Shown here in pieces: positions 1 to 11,800 of a DNA stretch of 64,000 nucleotides. The position numbers and the translations under genes were made by a program. The notes under the pieces are model-generated. The model saw nothing but the letters and a program-made list of their open reading frames with translations, was not told where the DNA came from and searched no databases. Position 1 is the first letter of the stretch; every line of letters begins with the position of its first letter. The stretch is from Basidiobolus meristosporus CBS 931.73. Taxonomy: Eukaryota > Fungi > Basidiobolomycota. The DNA lies in NCBI GenBank assembly GCA_002104905.1, contig MCFE01000085.1, positions 114,076-178,075 on the forward strand, in the 5' to 3' direction.

Positions 1-627
1 GGTGATCGGATAGATTTCGTTTGAGATCCAGCAATGAGGCAGTAATTCCAAATAACAAGGAGTGTGTGTGGGTTGTTTGCTCTGCCGAGAAGGACAAGCA
101 AGTTACGGTCTGATAGGATAAATTAGGAATATAAATGTAAGATAAGCTCAAGAAGCATGTGAAAACTAGGAGGACTGGCTGTCGAGTCGATTCAGGGGAG
201 AGAAGTATATCAATTGTGGGCTTCTTCCTCAAAATCCCTCAACGTCATGTAAGTCGGTTGGTGACCGTAACAAATGTCTGAAACACCTCGACGACAAAGG
301 CTGCTCTTATATAAATAATAGGGCTGGCATAATGTAGATACTGGCGAATGCAGCGCTTCTAATTGGAGCTCAACCGAAAATGATGGAAAATGTTGATCAT
401 TGAGCAGGAGAGGACTTGAGTGCTGTTTGTTAATGTGCACACTCATATGAAGGCAATATAAATGGCCTGATAAGGTCTTGGATAATGGGTGGTGTATGAA
501 TCTCCTGCATGCTGAATTAGCAGCGACTAAAATGTCTCAGATCCAAACAACTTCCATAATTTGACCAAGCATAGTGTTGGAAAAGGGTCTGGAATCGAAT
601 GCAATATCACAGCCACTCAGACTGCAA

Positions 628-1086
628 TCATGCCAGATTTAATATCCTAATTTTAATATCCAAGTTTAATATCCCAAATGGTTTTCCATCGCTCAGAATG
701 AGGTCAATCTCGGTGAATCCCAGCTTGGCGTGTGACTGGCGGATAGTAAAGTCACCTGTGTTGCAGTGCATCCCCAATGGATTGGGGCCAGGAAATTCTC
801 CTCCGCACGATAAGATCACACACATGTCTCCAAGGAATATTGCTGAGTTCATATGAAATAGATCAACCATCGATAAGGCCCCGTCAAATCGATGCCTGAA
901 TGTGCACGAAGCGGTCTCTTCTGATAGCGATGAAACATATTGTTTAAGCGGAAGACAACCACAAGCCAGAATTCCATGATTATCCCTAGTCTGGTGCATT
1001 AGCCTCCATGTGATACCATCTTTCTTCGCGAGGTTGGCTCCATGCCCAACTGGGATGCTTTCTATCACGCTTACAGATGGCCACAA
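628..1086 (-). other. Unassigned 152-codon ORF; no recognisable family, may be non-coding or a relic
   Basis: Open frame only. No motif recognised and no convincing splice structure linking it to neighbouring short ORFs. Confidence 0.12.
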
Positions 1087-2148
1087 GGCTGGCTAGCACG
1101 TGGAGCGTTTGAAGCAGTCCTGGATGACCTAACATGATGAGGATAGGCATACTCCCGATCATTACTCAAAAATACCGAGCCCAATTATGTAAGAAGGTAC
1201 ATGAGGTCCTCGGAGCAAATAATAGAGAGTGACGAGGTAAACGCGTCAACTCATTGGCGTAAGATAGAGTAAACATCATTAAATTTAGCTCCAAACATTC
1301 GTTTCACGCCCGACGCTAGTGAAACATCACTACAAGAATGACTACGTAATCTGATGAAGATTTGTCCGCGTCTTTAGCTCAGGCCAGTCAAGAAATAGCA
1401 TGCATGTGATGGATATTCGCACTTGGATGATTTTAAACTTGGACCGCATGTGATGAAACTCCGTACTTGAATTAAGCAGACTGGCTAACTTTGTGCTTAA
1501 CATAATCTCACGATTTAGGGTTAGGGCTGTGTATGCCAGGGTCAAGAAAATCTAGACTAGCCCGTTTAGATCACCAAACAGGCTGTCCAATGGTAGCACT
1601 TCAAGGAATTCTAAGCACAAAGCGCTATTCCAAACTCAACGTTTCCTACAACCCTACTGGCTGCTGCCGATTGGACTGTCGAATTGCAAACATTTCAACG
1701 ATATCTCCTCATCAAGGGTTCTTGTGATTGGCTTCATGTTGGCTTGCCAAATCGCAGATCCATGGTTAAGTTCATGTTTTAGAAGATAGCAAATTAATCA
1801 TTACTACTGCTTCATATTGGCTCCAGCCAGGAATGTGTGTGCTCTTGTCCTACGCTTCGACTCCATAGTGCTTGCATTCATCTTAATCAGATCGATGAAT
1901 CCCTAGGTGATACACCCTGGAATGGATTGAACCGGTCAAATAAAAAAGATTCCTGTCCGCTGTGGACTCGGCTAAGGATTTTGGTTCCGTATTTTAGTCT
2001 GGACTGTTACATTACTGCTAAACGGTGCCGAATTGGTCTTGCGAAACTTTGAGGTGTCCTTGGTTGCCAAACAACTCAATACTAACCCTTCTATCTTATT
2101 CCTACCTCCCCTTAGCAAATCCCCTCCCCACTCTTCCCAGTGACCAAA

Positions 2149-3086
2149 ATGTCGCAATTCACTCCATACGACTTTTTAGCCGCTCTGAACAACGGAACAG
2201 AGAATTCCCCCGATCTTGGAGCCAAAGATATCAAAGAGGAATTAGATTTGTGGAGTAGTGCTCAATTCACTTTTGATACCAACTCCTTTCAAAGTAACCT
2301 GATGAACCAGAACACTTTCGATTCCTTTAACTTGATGAACATGCAAACCCCTGGTATGTTGACCAGTTTCCAACCATCTATTCGTTCCTCGATGCCCGCC
2401 AACTTCATATCCACTACAAATAAACCCGGTTCACTAACCGATACCTCCTTCTATCAGCAGGTACTCCCAATCTGAGCCAAGCTGCTCTTTCACCTATGTT
2501 CAATTTCTTTGGGGACAACACCGGTGGAGGCTTTTCGAGTTTGATGTCGCCCCATCCTTCTTTCCCCGTTTCCACCCTAAACGCTCCAGTCGAACAGCAA
2601 GTTCAGCAGCCCCTTATCCCAAACAACTCTTTCACCCCTATTATCGCGGATATTTCCCCTACAACACCAGCTGTTGCACCAGTCACTAGTACCCCTACCT
2701 CGACGGCCACTACTCCTAAGATTGGTACCATCAGTCGTAAGAGCAGCATCAAGGCTCCCAACAAGATCAGCAGCTCTGAGAACGTAGAGGAGGAGTCCGC
2801 ATACGATAAGGCTGCTGCCGAAGAAGACAAGCGTAGACGAAATACTGCTGCTTCCGCTCGCTTCAGAATTAAGAAGAAGTTGAGGGAGCAAACTCTAGAA
2901 AAGACAGCAAAAGAAATGACGGCCAAGGCAGAAATCATGGAAGGAAAGGTGAAGGAGTTGGAGATGGAGATCAAGTGGCTGCGTGGCCTTCTCCTGGAAA
3001 AAAATCCATCTCTGCTGGAACACCCACCTAGCTTCAAGAAGCAAAAAATCGAGAAACCGTCGGAGGATGTGAAATCCTCTGCTTGA
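2149..3086 (+). CDS. metR: bZIP transcription factor, MetR/CYS-3/Zip1 (sulfur metabolism regulator) type; 2 exons (2149-2353, 2461-3086)
   Basis: N-terminal DLWSSAQFTFD motif and basic region AAEEDKRRRNTAASARFRIKKK followed by a zipper ending EIKWLRGLL. Intron gtatgt(2354)...cactaac...cag(2460) joins the two ORFs in frame. Confidence 0.85.
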
Positions 3087-3469
3087 TCCATCTCCAAGAT
3101 CCCGTATAACATGAAAGAACATTTTTTACCAAACAGACCTTTTTATCCTTCACTACCTTTGCGATGTCTGACATTTTATACGAACGATGGATGTTTTCTT
3201 GGTTAGATTGGCTACACCACCCATTCCATTTGGTTTTGGTAGAGTCAATAAAAATGTGCTTTTCGTCCGAGTTGATGTAGTGCTCTGCGCTATTGTGATG
3301 GTTAACTTATGTGGGATGATTAGCCATGTATGTTGATTATAGATATGTCGAGTTGCAATTGTATATTCCTCAGATAAGCCACATTATGCGCCAGTTGGCC
3401 GATTTTTGTTATCAACCATCCTGGTGATTTATTTCCTGCTTTCGTATTTACCAGCAAGAAGACCCACAG

Positions 3470-5392
3470 ATGGGAATCATTGACTGCCCAAAAACACTCG
3501 CGGAGCTATCCTTTGACGATGACGATCTTCCTACGGAGACCTCCCTAAAACAGGTGACACTCGCCAACTCTGCTTCGCTTCATTGGTAACTTTGGCTAAT
3601 CTGAGCATCGATGATAGAACGAGGTTGAGGAAAGCATCAGCTCGTTTTTCAGGAAATACAAGACCAAGTCCCTCTCGAAGGAAAAGTAATGTCTGGACAC
3701 GGATCTCTGGAAATTGGCCTGAACTCACCCGATCTTCCCTACCTTAGTATCATTCTTCGCAGGGAACCCCACATCAAGTTCACATTGAGAGGTTTGGACT
3801 CCCTCAACCAGTTCTTCGTGGTCCTGGATTCTAGCAAGCCTTGGCTCTGCTACTGGATGTTGCATTCACTCAATCTGCTGGAGTATGAGCTGCCCGAGGA
3901 GATCAAACTGAGGTTGGTTCGTCACTTACCCACTTCCTCTCGGAGGACTGTCACTGAGTTCTCCTTGTTCCCGCATATCCAGAGGAATCTCGACTTTGGA
4001 GAAATGCCAAAACTCCACCGGCGGCTTCGGTGGCGGTCCTAGTCAGATGTCTCATTTGGCCCCTACGTATGCAGCCATCAACGCACTAGCAATCATTGGA
4101 ACGCCCGCTGCTTATGAGATAATCAATCGGTAAATTCGGCATGCTCTGCATTTTGAGTGAGGCTCGAGTCGAAGTAACCATTCTGCTTAGGGAGACACTG
4201 TATCAATGGTTGTTGAGCCTCAAGCAACCGGACGGCTCATTCATCATGCATGTTGGTGGCGAAGTGGATGTCAGGTACGATGATAAGCTAGCTCTAGAAC
4301 TGGCCAAGTTACGAGCTAAATCTATGGCATATATAGAGGCAGCTACTGCGCACTATCTGTTGCTTCTCTTTTAAATATCCTCACCCCAGAGTTGATGGAC
4401 GGTGCTGCTGAATTCATCGCCAGGTAGAGTGATTCCCCATGTATCCTTGACCGAGTTGCATAGATTTGACGAGCTGTTCCAACCCGTATACAGATGTCAA
4501 ACATACGAGGGTGGAATTGGCAGTTACCCTGGGTCTGAGGCTCATGGCGGCTACGCTTACTGCGGACTGGCAGCGATGGAGATCCTGGGAAAAGCAGAGT
4601 TGCTTAACCTTCCTCGTTTAGTGGTAAATAGATCAGCCACGTAGGCTTCTACCCAAGCAATGTCATCTGATGATTTAACGTCGTTGAAGGAATGGGCGGC
4701 CTCTCGACAGATGTGTTTAGAAGGCGGTTTCCAAGGACGCACCAACAAGCTGGTCGACGGGTGCTATTCATTGTGGATGGGCGGACTGTTTCCGCTGTTG
4801 GAGTCGATTTTGGAACGAGGCAAGAGTCGGGCGGATCCAACCAGATATCTTCAACAACATGCCTTATATGACAAAGGTACGGGTTATCACGAATCTATGG
4901 ACGAGCCTTGAATTGACATGGATCACATATGAAGAGGCGTTGCAGGAATACATTCTATTGTGCTGCCAGAAGCCTAGTGGAGGTCTGCGTGACAAGCCTG
5001 GAATGTAAGCAGTGATTCCACGACGAGTAAAGCGACCCGCTGACATGCATCCATTGTAGGAATCCGGACTACTACCATACCTGCTATTGCCTAAGTGGAT
5101 TGTCCCACACCCAGAACAAAGTGATACGGAAGGAAAATACCACCAGCGTCGATCTATCGGGGTTGCCGGGGCTGAATTCGTTGCTCTGGCAGTCCGTGGG
5201 ATCGCACACGTCCGTAGTTGGAGACGCAAGCAATCTTGTGGTATGTAGTTGGCCTCTCTTAGGTAAGACGGTTCTAACCGATGTTCGATCTAGCTTCCCA
5301 CCCACCCTGTGCACAATATTGGCTTGGCGTCCGTTCACAAGATCATGCAGCACTTCTATGGAGAGTCAGCCCTTCAAGTGATGAATTCATAG
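3470..5392 (+). CDS. RAM1: Protein farnesyltransferase beta subunit (multi-exon)
   Basis: Spliced exons give SKPWLCYWMLHSL, GGFGGGP..SHLAPTYAA, GGEVDVR, EAHGGYAYCGLAA, GRTNKLVDGCYSLW, GGLRDKPG, DYYHTCYCLSGLS and THPVHNI. Start codon is approximate. Confidence 0.92.
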
Positions 5393-5805
5393 CAAGTATC
5401 ACCCTTCCCTTGTATTTATTGATCAAAGTGTAAAAGCTCCCAATTTTCAATGTGGGCTGAGTGTACGTAATAAATCAGAACCTTTCTATGGATGAACCGG
5501 AAGTTCACTGCCGCACGATGAACTTGGGTGCTGTGAACGCATCCAACACATTCTTGTAAATCAGCACCTGCATCAGTGTGGAATGGGATGGGAATCGGGG
5601 CGAATCATTCGATGAAAATGAGGGACAAATCGATGTGAAGTCACTAGTATCTGGTGGTGAGCTCAGGAATGGGAATGTGTGGTATGCTGATTACCTTATG
5701 CAGCAACCATATTATATGGCACTATGCGATCAAATTCCAGTTATTCTCGATAAAACGCATCTTGCTAGTCAATCCGTCTTTAGAGCAGTCGAAAACCCCG
5801 CTTGA

Positions 5806-8800
5806 ATGCACGCTTATATTTTTATTAGGCCAAGCCCGCGTTCAATCGCAATATGGCCTTCCCAAAGCTCCTCCAAGGAGCCCGCCTCCCTTTTGATCAT
5901 CAAACTAAGAGACATGTACGGGTCGGAGGAGGCCAAATGCTCGGTGGAGATGATCTCTGAAGATCTATGGGATCCCGAAGGCTACTTTCGACTAGATGTT
6001 GGGCCAGTATACGGCTGTCTCGGTCTGATATCCGCATATAACGGTCAGTCGGCAGCCAGAGTGGATTGTTCGTTGGTTGGGGAATACTCAAACGTTTGTT
6101 ATTAGATATCCTTCTCGGGTTTGTTACAAAGCAGCAGGTTTTAAACGAAATCCAGCCAGAGGAAACCATCCACAGAGTTCGGGATGTTGACTTTCTTTCG
6201 TTGGCTAACGGACGATACGACGATTTGTTTGGTGGGGAATATTACTCAAACGAGCAGGAGAATACCAGCGCATATCAACCTTATCAAGAGCTGAGAAAAT
6301 ATCTCAAAAACGGGACGTTCTATTTTTCGCCTTCCTTCGATCTGACCAAAAGTACTCAAAACAGGTGAGCACTTCTTGCTAGGAATGGCCAGCTTCGGTG
6401 GCTTATCAGGCTTCTCTCACCTCTTGCGTAGATATGAAAAGCCCAATCCCGAGAAGCCATTTGACAAATCCTTCCTATGGAATTCCAACATGTTGAATCC
6501 TTTTCTTGCCTTCCGAAAGCACTTGAGCCTAGAAGACCGAAATCTTTTTGATGCTGCCAAATTCATTGTAACCTCTCCACCCGCCTTTCCACCCTCCTCT
6601 CACTTTCCGTGCTAACCTAGGCATTGCTTAGACACCACTTATACAAGGCTACATTGGAGTTGAACAGTGTACACTTGGCCAGGAAATTGCAACTGTGGCG
6701 ATCATTTCCAAATTGAGTTCTCATCGTGCAGGTGGGTTGCCGTCGAGATTATTCGCTACTGCCCTGCTAAAAGTGTGACACCTCACGGGTTGTTGTAGGT
6801 ACTCGATTTAATGCCAGAGGAATCGACGATGATGGTCACGTAGCCAATTTTGTTGAGGTATCTTCCAGAATTGTCGGACCATGTTACGCTGTCTTTGGTT
6901 AACCATCGGTTATGTACAAGACCGAGTTTATCATGAAATTTAGAAGCCAATTTCTCTCGTATGTTGAGGTGAGAGGAAGTGTCCCAGGTATGCTTAGCAT
7001 TGATGGATACGCGCTATAAATCATCCCCATGTTGAACCTAATCCCATCATTGTTTCTTTTGTCTAGTCTTTTGGGAGCAAACGGTACGCTTAATCATGCC
7101 AAGACCCTAAGCCCGGGTCAGCGTTAATAACCATTGACTCTAGGGTCTTAGTCACAAAGTGAACGTTCTCAGAGAAGTGGCGCTCACACAACCAGCTGTA
7201 GACAAACACTTCTCGATGCTACTTGATCGTTATGGCCATGTGAATATTCTCAATCTACTCAGTCAAAAAGAAGGAGAGCGGCTGCTGAGTGACGCATTTG
7301 GCTATCATGTCAACGCACTCAACAAACCAGAGTACGTACAGATGACACCTTTCGACTTCCACGCCATTTGCAAAGGAGGCAACTTCGAGAATGCATCATA
7401 CATCCTTACCATGATACAGGAGGATCTGGAGAAATTCGGCTATTTCCTTCTCGACCTCAAGTCAGATCAGATGCTTTACAGGCAGTCGGGAATCTTTCGA
7501 ACAAACTGCCTGGACTGGTAAGTCATCTAACCGAAACGCTTGCTCTGATGGTTGTACTAAACTGTGATTGTCTGTAGCTTGGACAGGTGGAGTGTTTTCT
7601 CACTAGCCTGGCTACGCAACGTACTAACCAATCTCGCAACGCTACCTCTCTCCTAGAACCAATGTGATCCAGACCATTGTCCTTCAAGAGATCCTCAAGT
7701 TCCACCTCGCGCAGTACGAAAAGCTTCCGCCTTACTGGGTAGACGCCATCTTCAGCAAGGTGTCCTTTCTGTGGGCCGAAAATGGCGATTGTCTATCCAA
7801 GATGTACGCCGGAACCGGAGCTCTGAAATCCTCGTACACAAGAAGCGGCAAACTGACCTTTTCAGGTAGGACCCACGTTCATTGCCGCGATGAATTGAAG
7901 AGCCATCACCTAATACATGAGCCTAGGATTGGTCAACGACATGTCGAAATCCATGAATCGGATGTACATCAACAATTTCCAGGACAAAGGAAAGCAGGAG
8001 ATCATAGATATACTACTGGTTTGGACATCTGAGCACTAGCATTGAGCTATCCAGAAGCTTACACAGCTCTCATGTCTAGGGAAAATCACAACACCAACGG
8101 CGAATCATCTTGCAAGATGAGGTGCACGAACTGATCTCACGCGACTTGGAGCAGCGGTAAGACGGATTCCTCATGCAGTCCGAGAATGGCAAGAATTGAC
8201 GCGGACCCTTGTCTTCTAGGGCTAGTGAATATGCGTCCAAATCCAAAATTAGAGTCCACATTGGAACTTACAATGTCAACGGCCGAGTCCCGTCGGGAGA
8301 GTCTCTTTCCTCTTTCCTTCGGATATCCCCAGGTTCGGACTGCTCAACAATGTTTGAACCTTCGAATGCGTATTCATGATCTTCACAGATGACGAGCCTG
8401 ACATCATTGCTCTGGGTATTCAGGAAATCGTCGAGCTCACTCCCACTCAGGTACGCCAGCCTATACCAATTGTGCTGATCTCACCTCGTCTCTAAATCAT
8501 TCTTCTGGGTAGATCATGTCGGCTGATACTGAGAAAAGGTTGGCCTCATTGACAGGAAGCGATGATTAGTCGGTAATAACCAGATTCCTTTAGGCTGATT
8601 TGGCAACGGGAGGTTCAAGCGCATCTGGGTAAAGTGTATACTTCATCCAAGTATGTGGCGTTGACCTCGGAGCAGCTAGTGGGTGCTGCCATGCTGATCT
8701 ACGTCCGAAAAGAGAATATCTTGAGGATTCGAGACATTCAGGTCTCCACAAAAAAGGTGAGAACCCAAGCCCAGCATCCCAGCTTGGTACCGTTTCGCTG

Positions 8801-11800
8801 ATCCATCTTCATCTCCACTGAAAGACCGGGCTGAAAGGAATGGCTGGCAACAAAGGCGGCATTGGGATTCGATTCGATTTTGATGACACAAGCATCTGTC
8901 TAGTGACCGCCCATTTGGCTGCAGGTATGCTGCTCAACTAGTCGATTCTCGGAAGGGAAATCTCACCCTCTGGTCATCTATCCTCCAGGGTCGTCGAATT
9001 TCGAAGAGAGAAATGACGATTACAGAACCATCACCAATGGAATTCGATTCTCCAAAGGCCGTACCATCGACGACCATGAGTAAGGGTTTATTGTGGATCC
9101 ACGATGTACCAGCGTAACTGACGAACCGATCTTTAGCCACATCATTTGGTTCGGCGACTTCAACTATCGGATCAACTTGGAGTATGACGATGTAACCACG
9201 CCCTACACACATACGGCGATTTCGAATGGAGTCTAACCAATCTTTCCTACAAGGTCATGGACTGCATCTACAATCAGCAGCTGGCGGAGCTTCTGATCCA
9301 CGACCAGGTAAGATTCTCCCCATCAGCAGACGGCAGTGGAATTACTAAGCTCTGTGCCAGCTTGTTCAACAACTTCGCGAGGGAAAAGCCTTTCAAGGTT
9401 TCCAGGAAGGCATCATCAACTTCAACCCTACCTACAAATATGACAACGGAACCGACACGTATGATACAAGGTATGCTATCGTCATCTAGCTTCTCCAGGG
9501 CTATAAGAGCTAAATGTTCGGAAAATCAGTGAGAAGCAGCGGCGTCCAGCTTGGACCGGTAAGCCACATGCACGTAAAGTCCTGAGGGCCTCTCTAACTC
9601 CTAGCACATATTGCAGATCGAATCCTTTACCGAGGGAAGGAGGTAACGAAAGCTCTACATTCAATGGGACCTAGCAGTGTGAAGGCTCAACAGTTTTACA
9701 TCCGCAGATCTCCTTGCTCAAATACACCAACTCCAGTGTGATTCGGGTGTCGGACCACAAGCCTGGTAAGTAGTGTATAAATCAGGCACGCAGCAGTTGG
9801 ATTAACTCTGTGTCACCTTGTAGTCATGGGCCTGTTTGAATTGGAGGTAAGCTTTCCAATGAGTGGGGTGGTGTAGGACTCACCCTAAGGATATGATTTC
9901 AAGGTTGCCAAAGTGGATTACAAGGTTCGAGAAAAGATCAAGCGGGAGCTGTACTCACTCAAGAAGAAGGAGGTCGATCTCGTGGCATCTTCGCCGAAGA
10001 TCTCTCGCAAAGGTATTTTTCCGCAGATAATCCTGATCAGATGGAATCCACCACTTAGCTGAGAGTAGATAGCAGAGTTTACAAGGAGTCGTTATTAGAT
10101 ATCCACAATGAAGGTACGCCCATCTAGGCTCCATGTTCGTCAGTCAACACAGCCCTTAGAATAGTCCCTATAGATGCGATGAGCTCTATTGAGATGCGCG
10201 ACCTGGAGAAAGGTAACCTTCCAGCGGCCCTGGCTGACCGATCTATTGTTATCTAACTCATTTACTAGCCTCCAAAAGCTATCCTAATCTACTGGACAGC
10301 GATATTGCTGCCGATCATCAGAAGTCTAGTGGTGAGTACAAGGCTTGCCGTCACCTCAATCTCCATGATACTGATTCAACGAATACTCCAGTTTCAAGAT
10401 CGGTTCACGCGGTCTCCGGTGAGAATGTTGCCCTCCTCGATCATGATAGCTTCCTAGGAAAGCCGCAGTTGATAGAAGTCGCGTCAGGTTAGCATTTCCA
10501 CGAACGCCAAACCCCCTCAGAGATTGACGAACCTTTTGTAGATGAATTGGAAACCTCGTGGGTTCCACTGAAGCCCAGAAGTGAATATTCTATTGTTTAT
10601 TCGACCGAATTTCGGATGTTTACCATTTACCTTACTCCCTTGTAGATCTGGCTTCTACCGGATACCTGTCACCAGTCAATATCGCCAAATCCAAGTAAGA
10701 TCCTAGATTCCTATCCAAACAATCGGTCACTTACGAATCGTATCCAGATCCGATAGCCAATTGCTAGACCAAGTGGCAAATCCCTATAGAGACTCGGCAA
10801 GTCGCGTTCAGAAATCTCCCCCACAAAATTCCTCCTTGGCTCCAAGCAGTGCGCATGGCTTAAGTGTACCACCACCGGTACCAGTCCAAAGATCCATTTC
10901 AACCTCACCCAAGCTTGAATATAGTGCATTACCAAAACCGCTCATTCCCGAGAGAAAGTACTCCTCCTCGGTATCGACTGAAAAAAGTATCATGAAACCG
11001 ATGGTCCCTTCGCGTGACGTCAAACCTCTCGCCTTGGCCCGAGAGAGCGACTCAAAAAAGCCTCCCTTACCTAGTAGAGGTATGTCAACCTCTTCCAACG
11101 ATTCTTTGAAGGAACCCGCCGTCCCAGCCAGAGGAACAACTTTCTCGGCTGTTCCATCAAGAACTTCTACGAGTTCCTCGGAGTCTAGCACTTTGGGTAC
11201 TGTTCCGCCTCTACCTCAGAGAAGAGAAAAGACCGAGAGTGGCAGTCAGAAAAACGCCTCCAACTTGGTTGAGGAGGGAACCGAACACAACTCTTCGATA
11301 GACACTGAGAGCGACTCTGAGGAAACCTCGGGGCGGCCAGTGAATGATTCTGCCAACGTGGAAACTTTGAACAGCTCCAAGTGGAAGCCACTGATCCCGG
11401 AAAGAAGTTCCACTTTCTCGGGTTTACCAGAAAAGGAGAACCCGAAGAAACCCGTGCCTCCCTCCAGGAAACCAAGAAGCCCACTTATTCAAGGGGCTGT
11501 TGTAGACCGCAAGAACTTCTATGAGGCAGAGTCCGATGCTTCAACTACCAACAATTTGAGGAGAGCTCGTACACTTCATGAGACAAGTGTTAGTTCCTTG
11601 AGTCAGGCCTTCAACTCGATGTCAACATCAGCCGCTCCAGGAAGTCCATCTTCGCAGAGGAGGCCCCCTCCTCCGGTGCCTATTAGAAACAGTGGGACGG
11701 AACTTCGTAGAGCCCATACCATATCAGTGGGAAATAGTAAGCCCGAGATCGCCCCTTCCGTTGAAGAGGACGTTAAGCAGCTCATTTCAGACGTGAAACC

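Noticed and set aside
1-2100. Gene or transposon relic in the first 2 kb, including a 3x ~14-bp ttaatatcc repeat at ~637-675
   Set aside because: No motif could be recognised in any frame, the CpG level is normal, and the repeat is too short to interpret.
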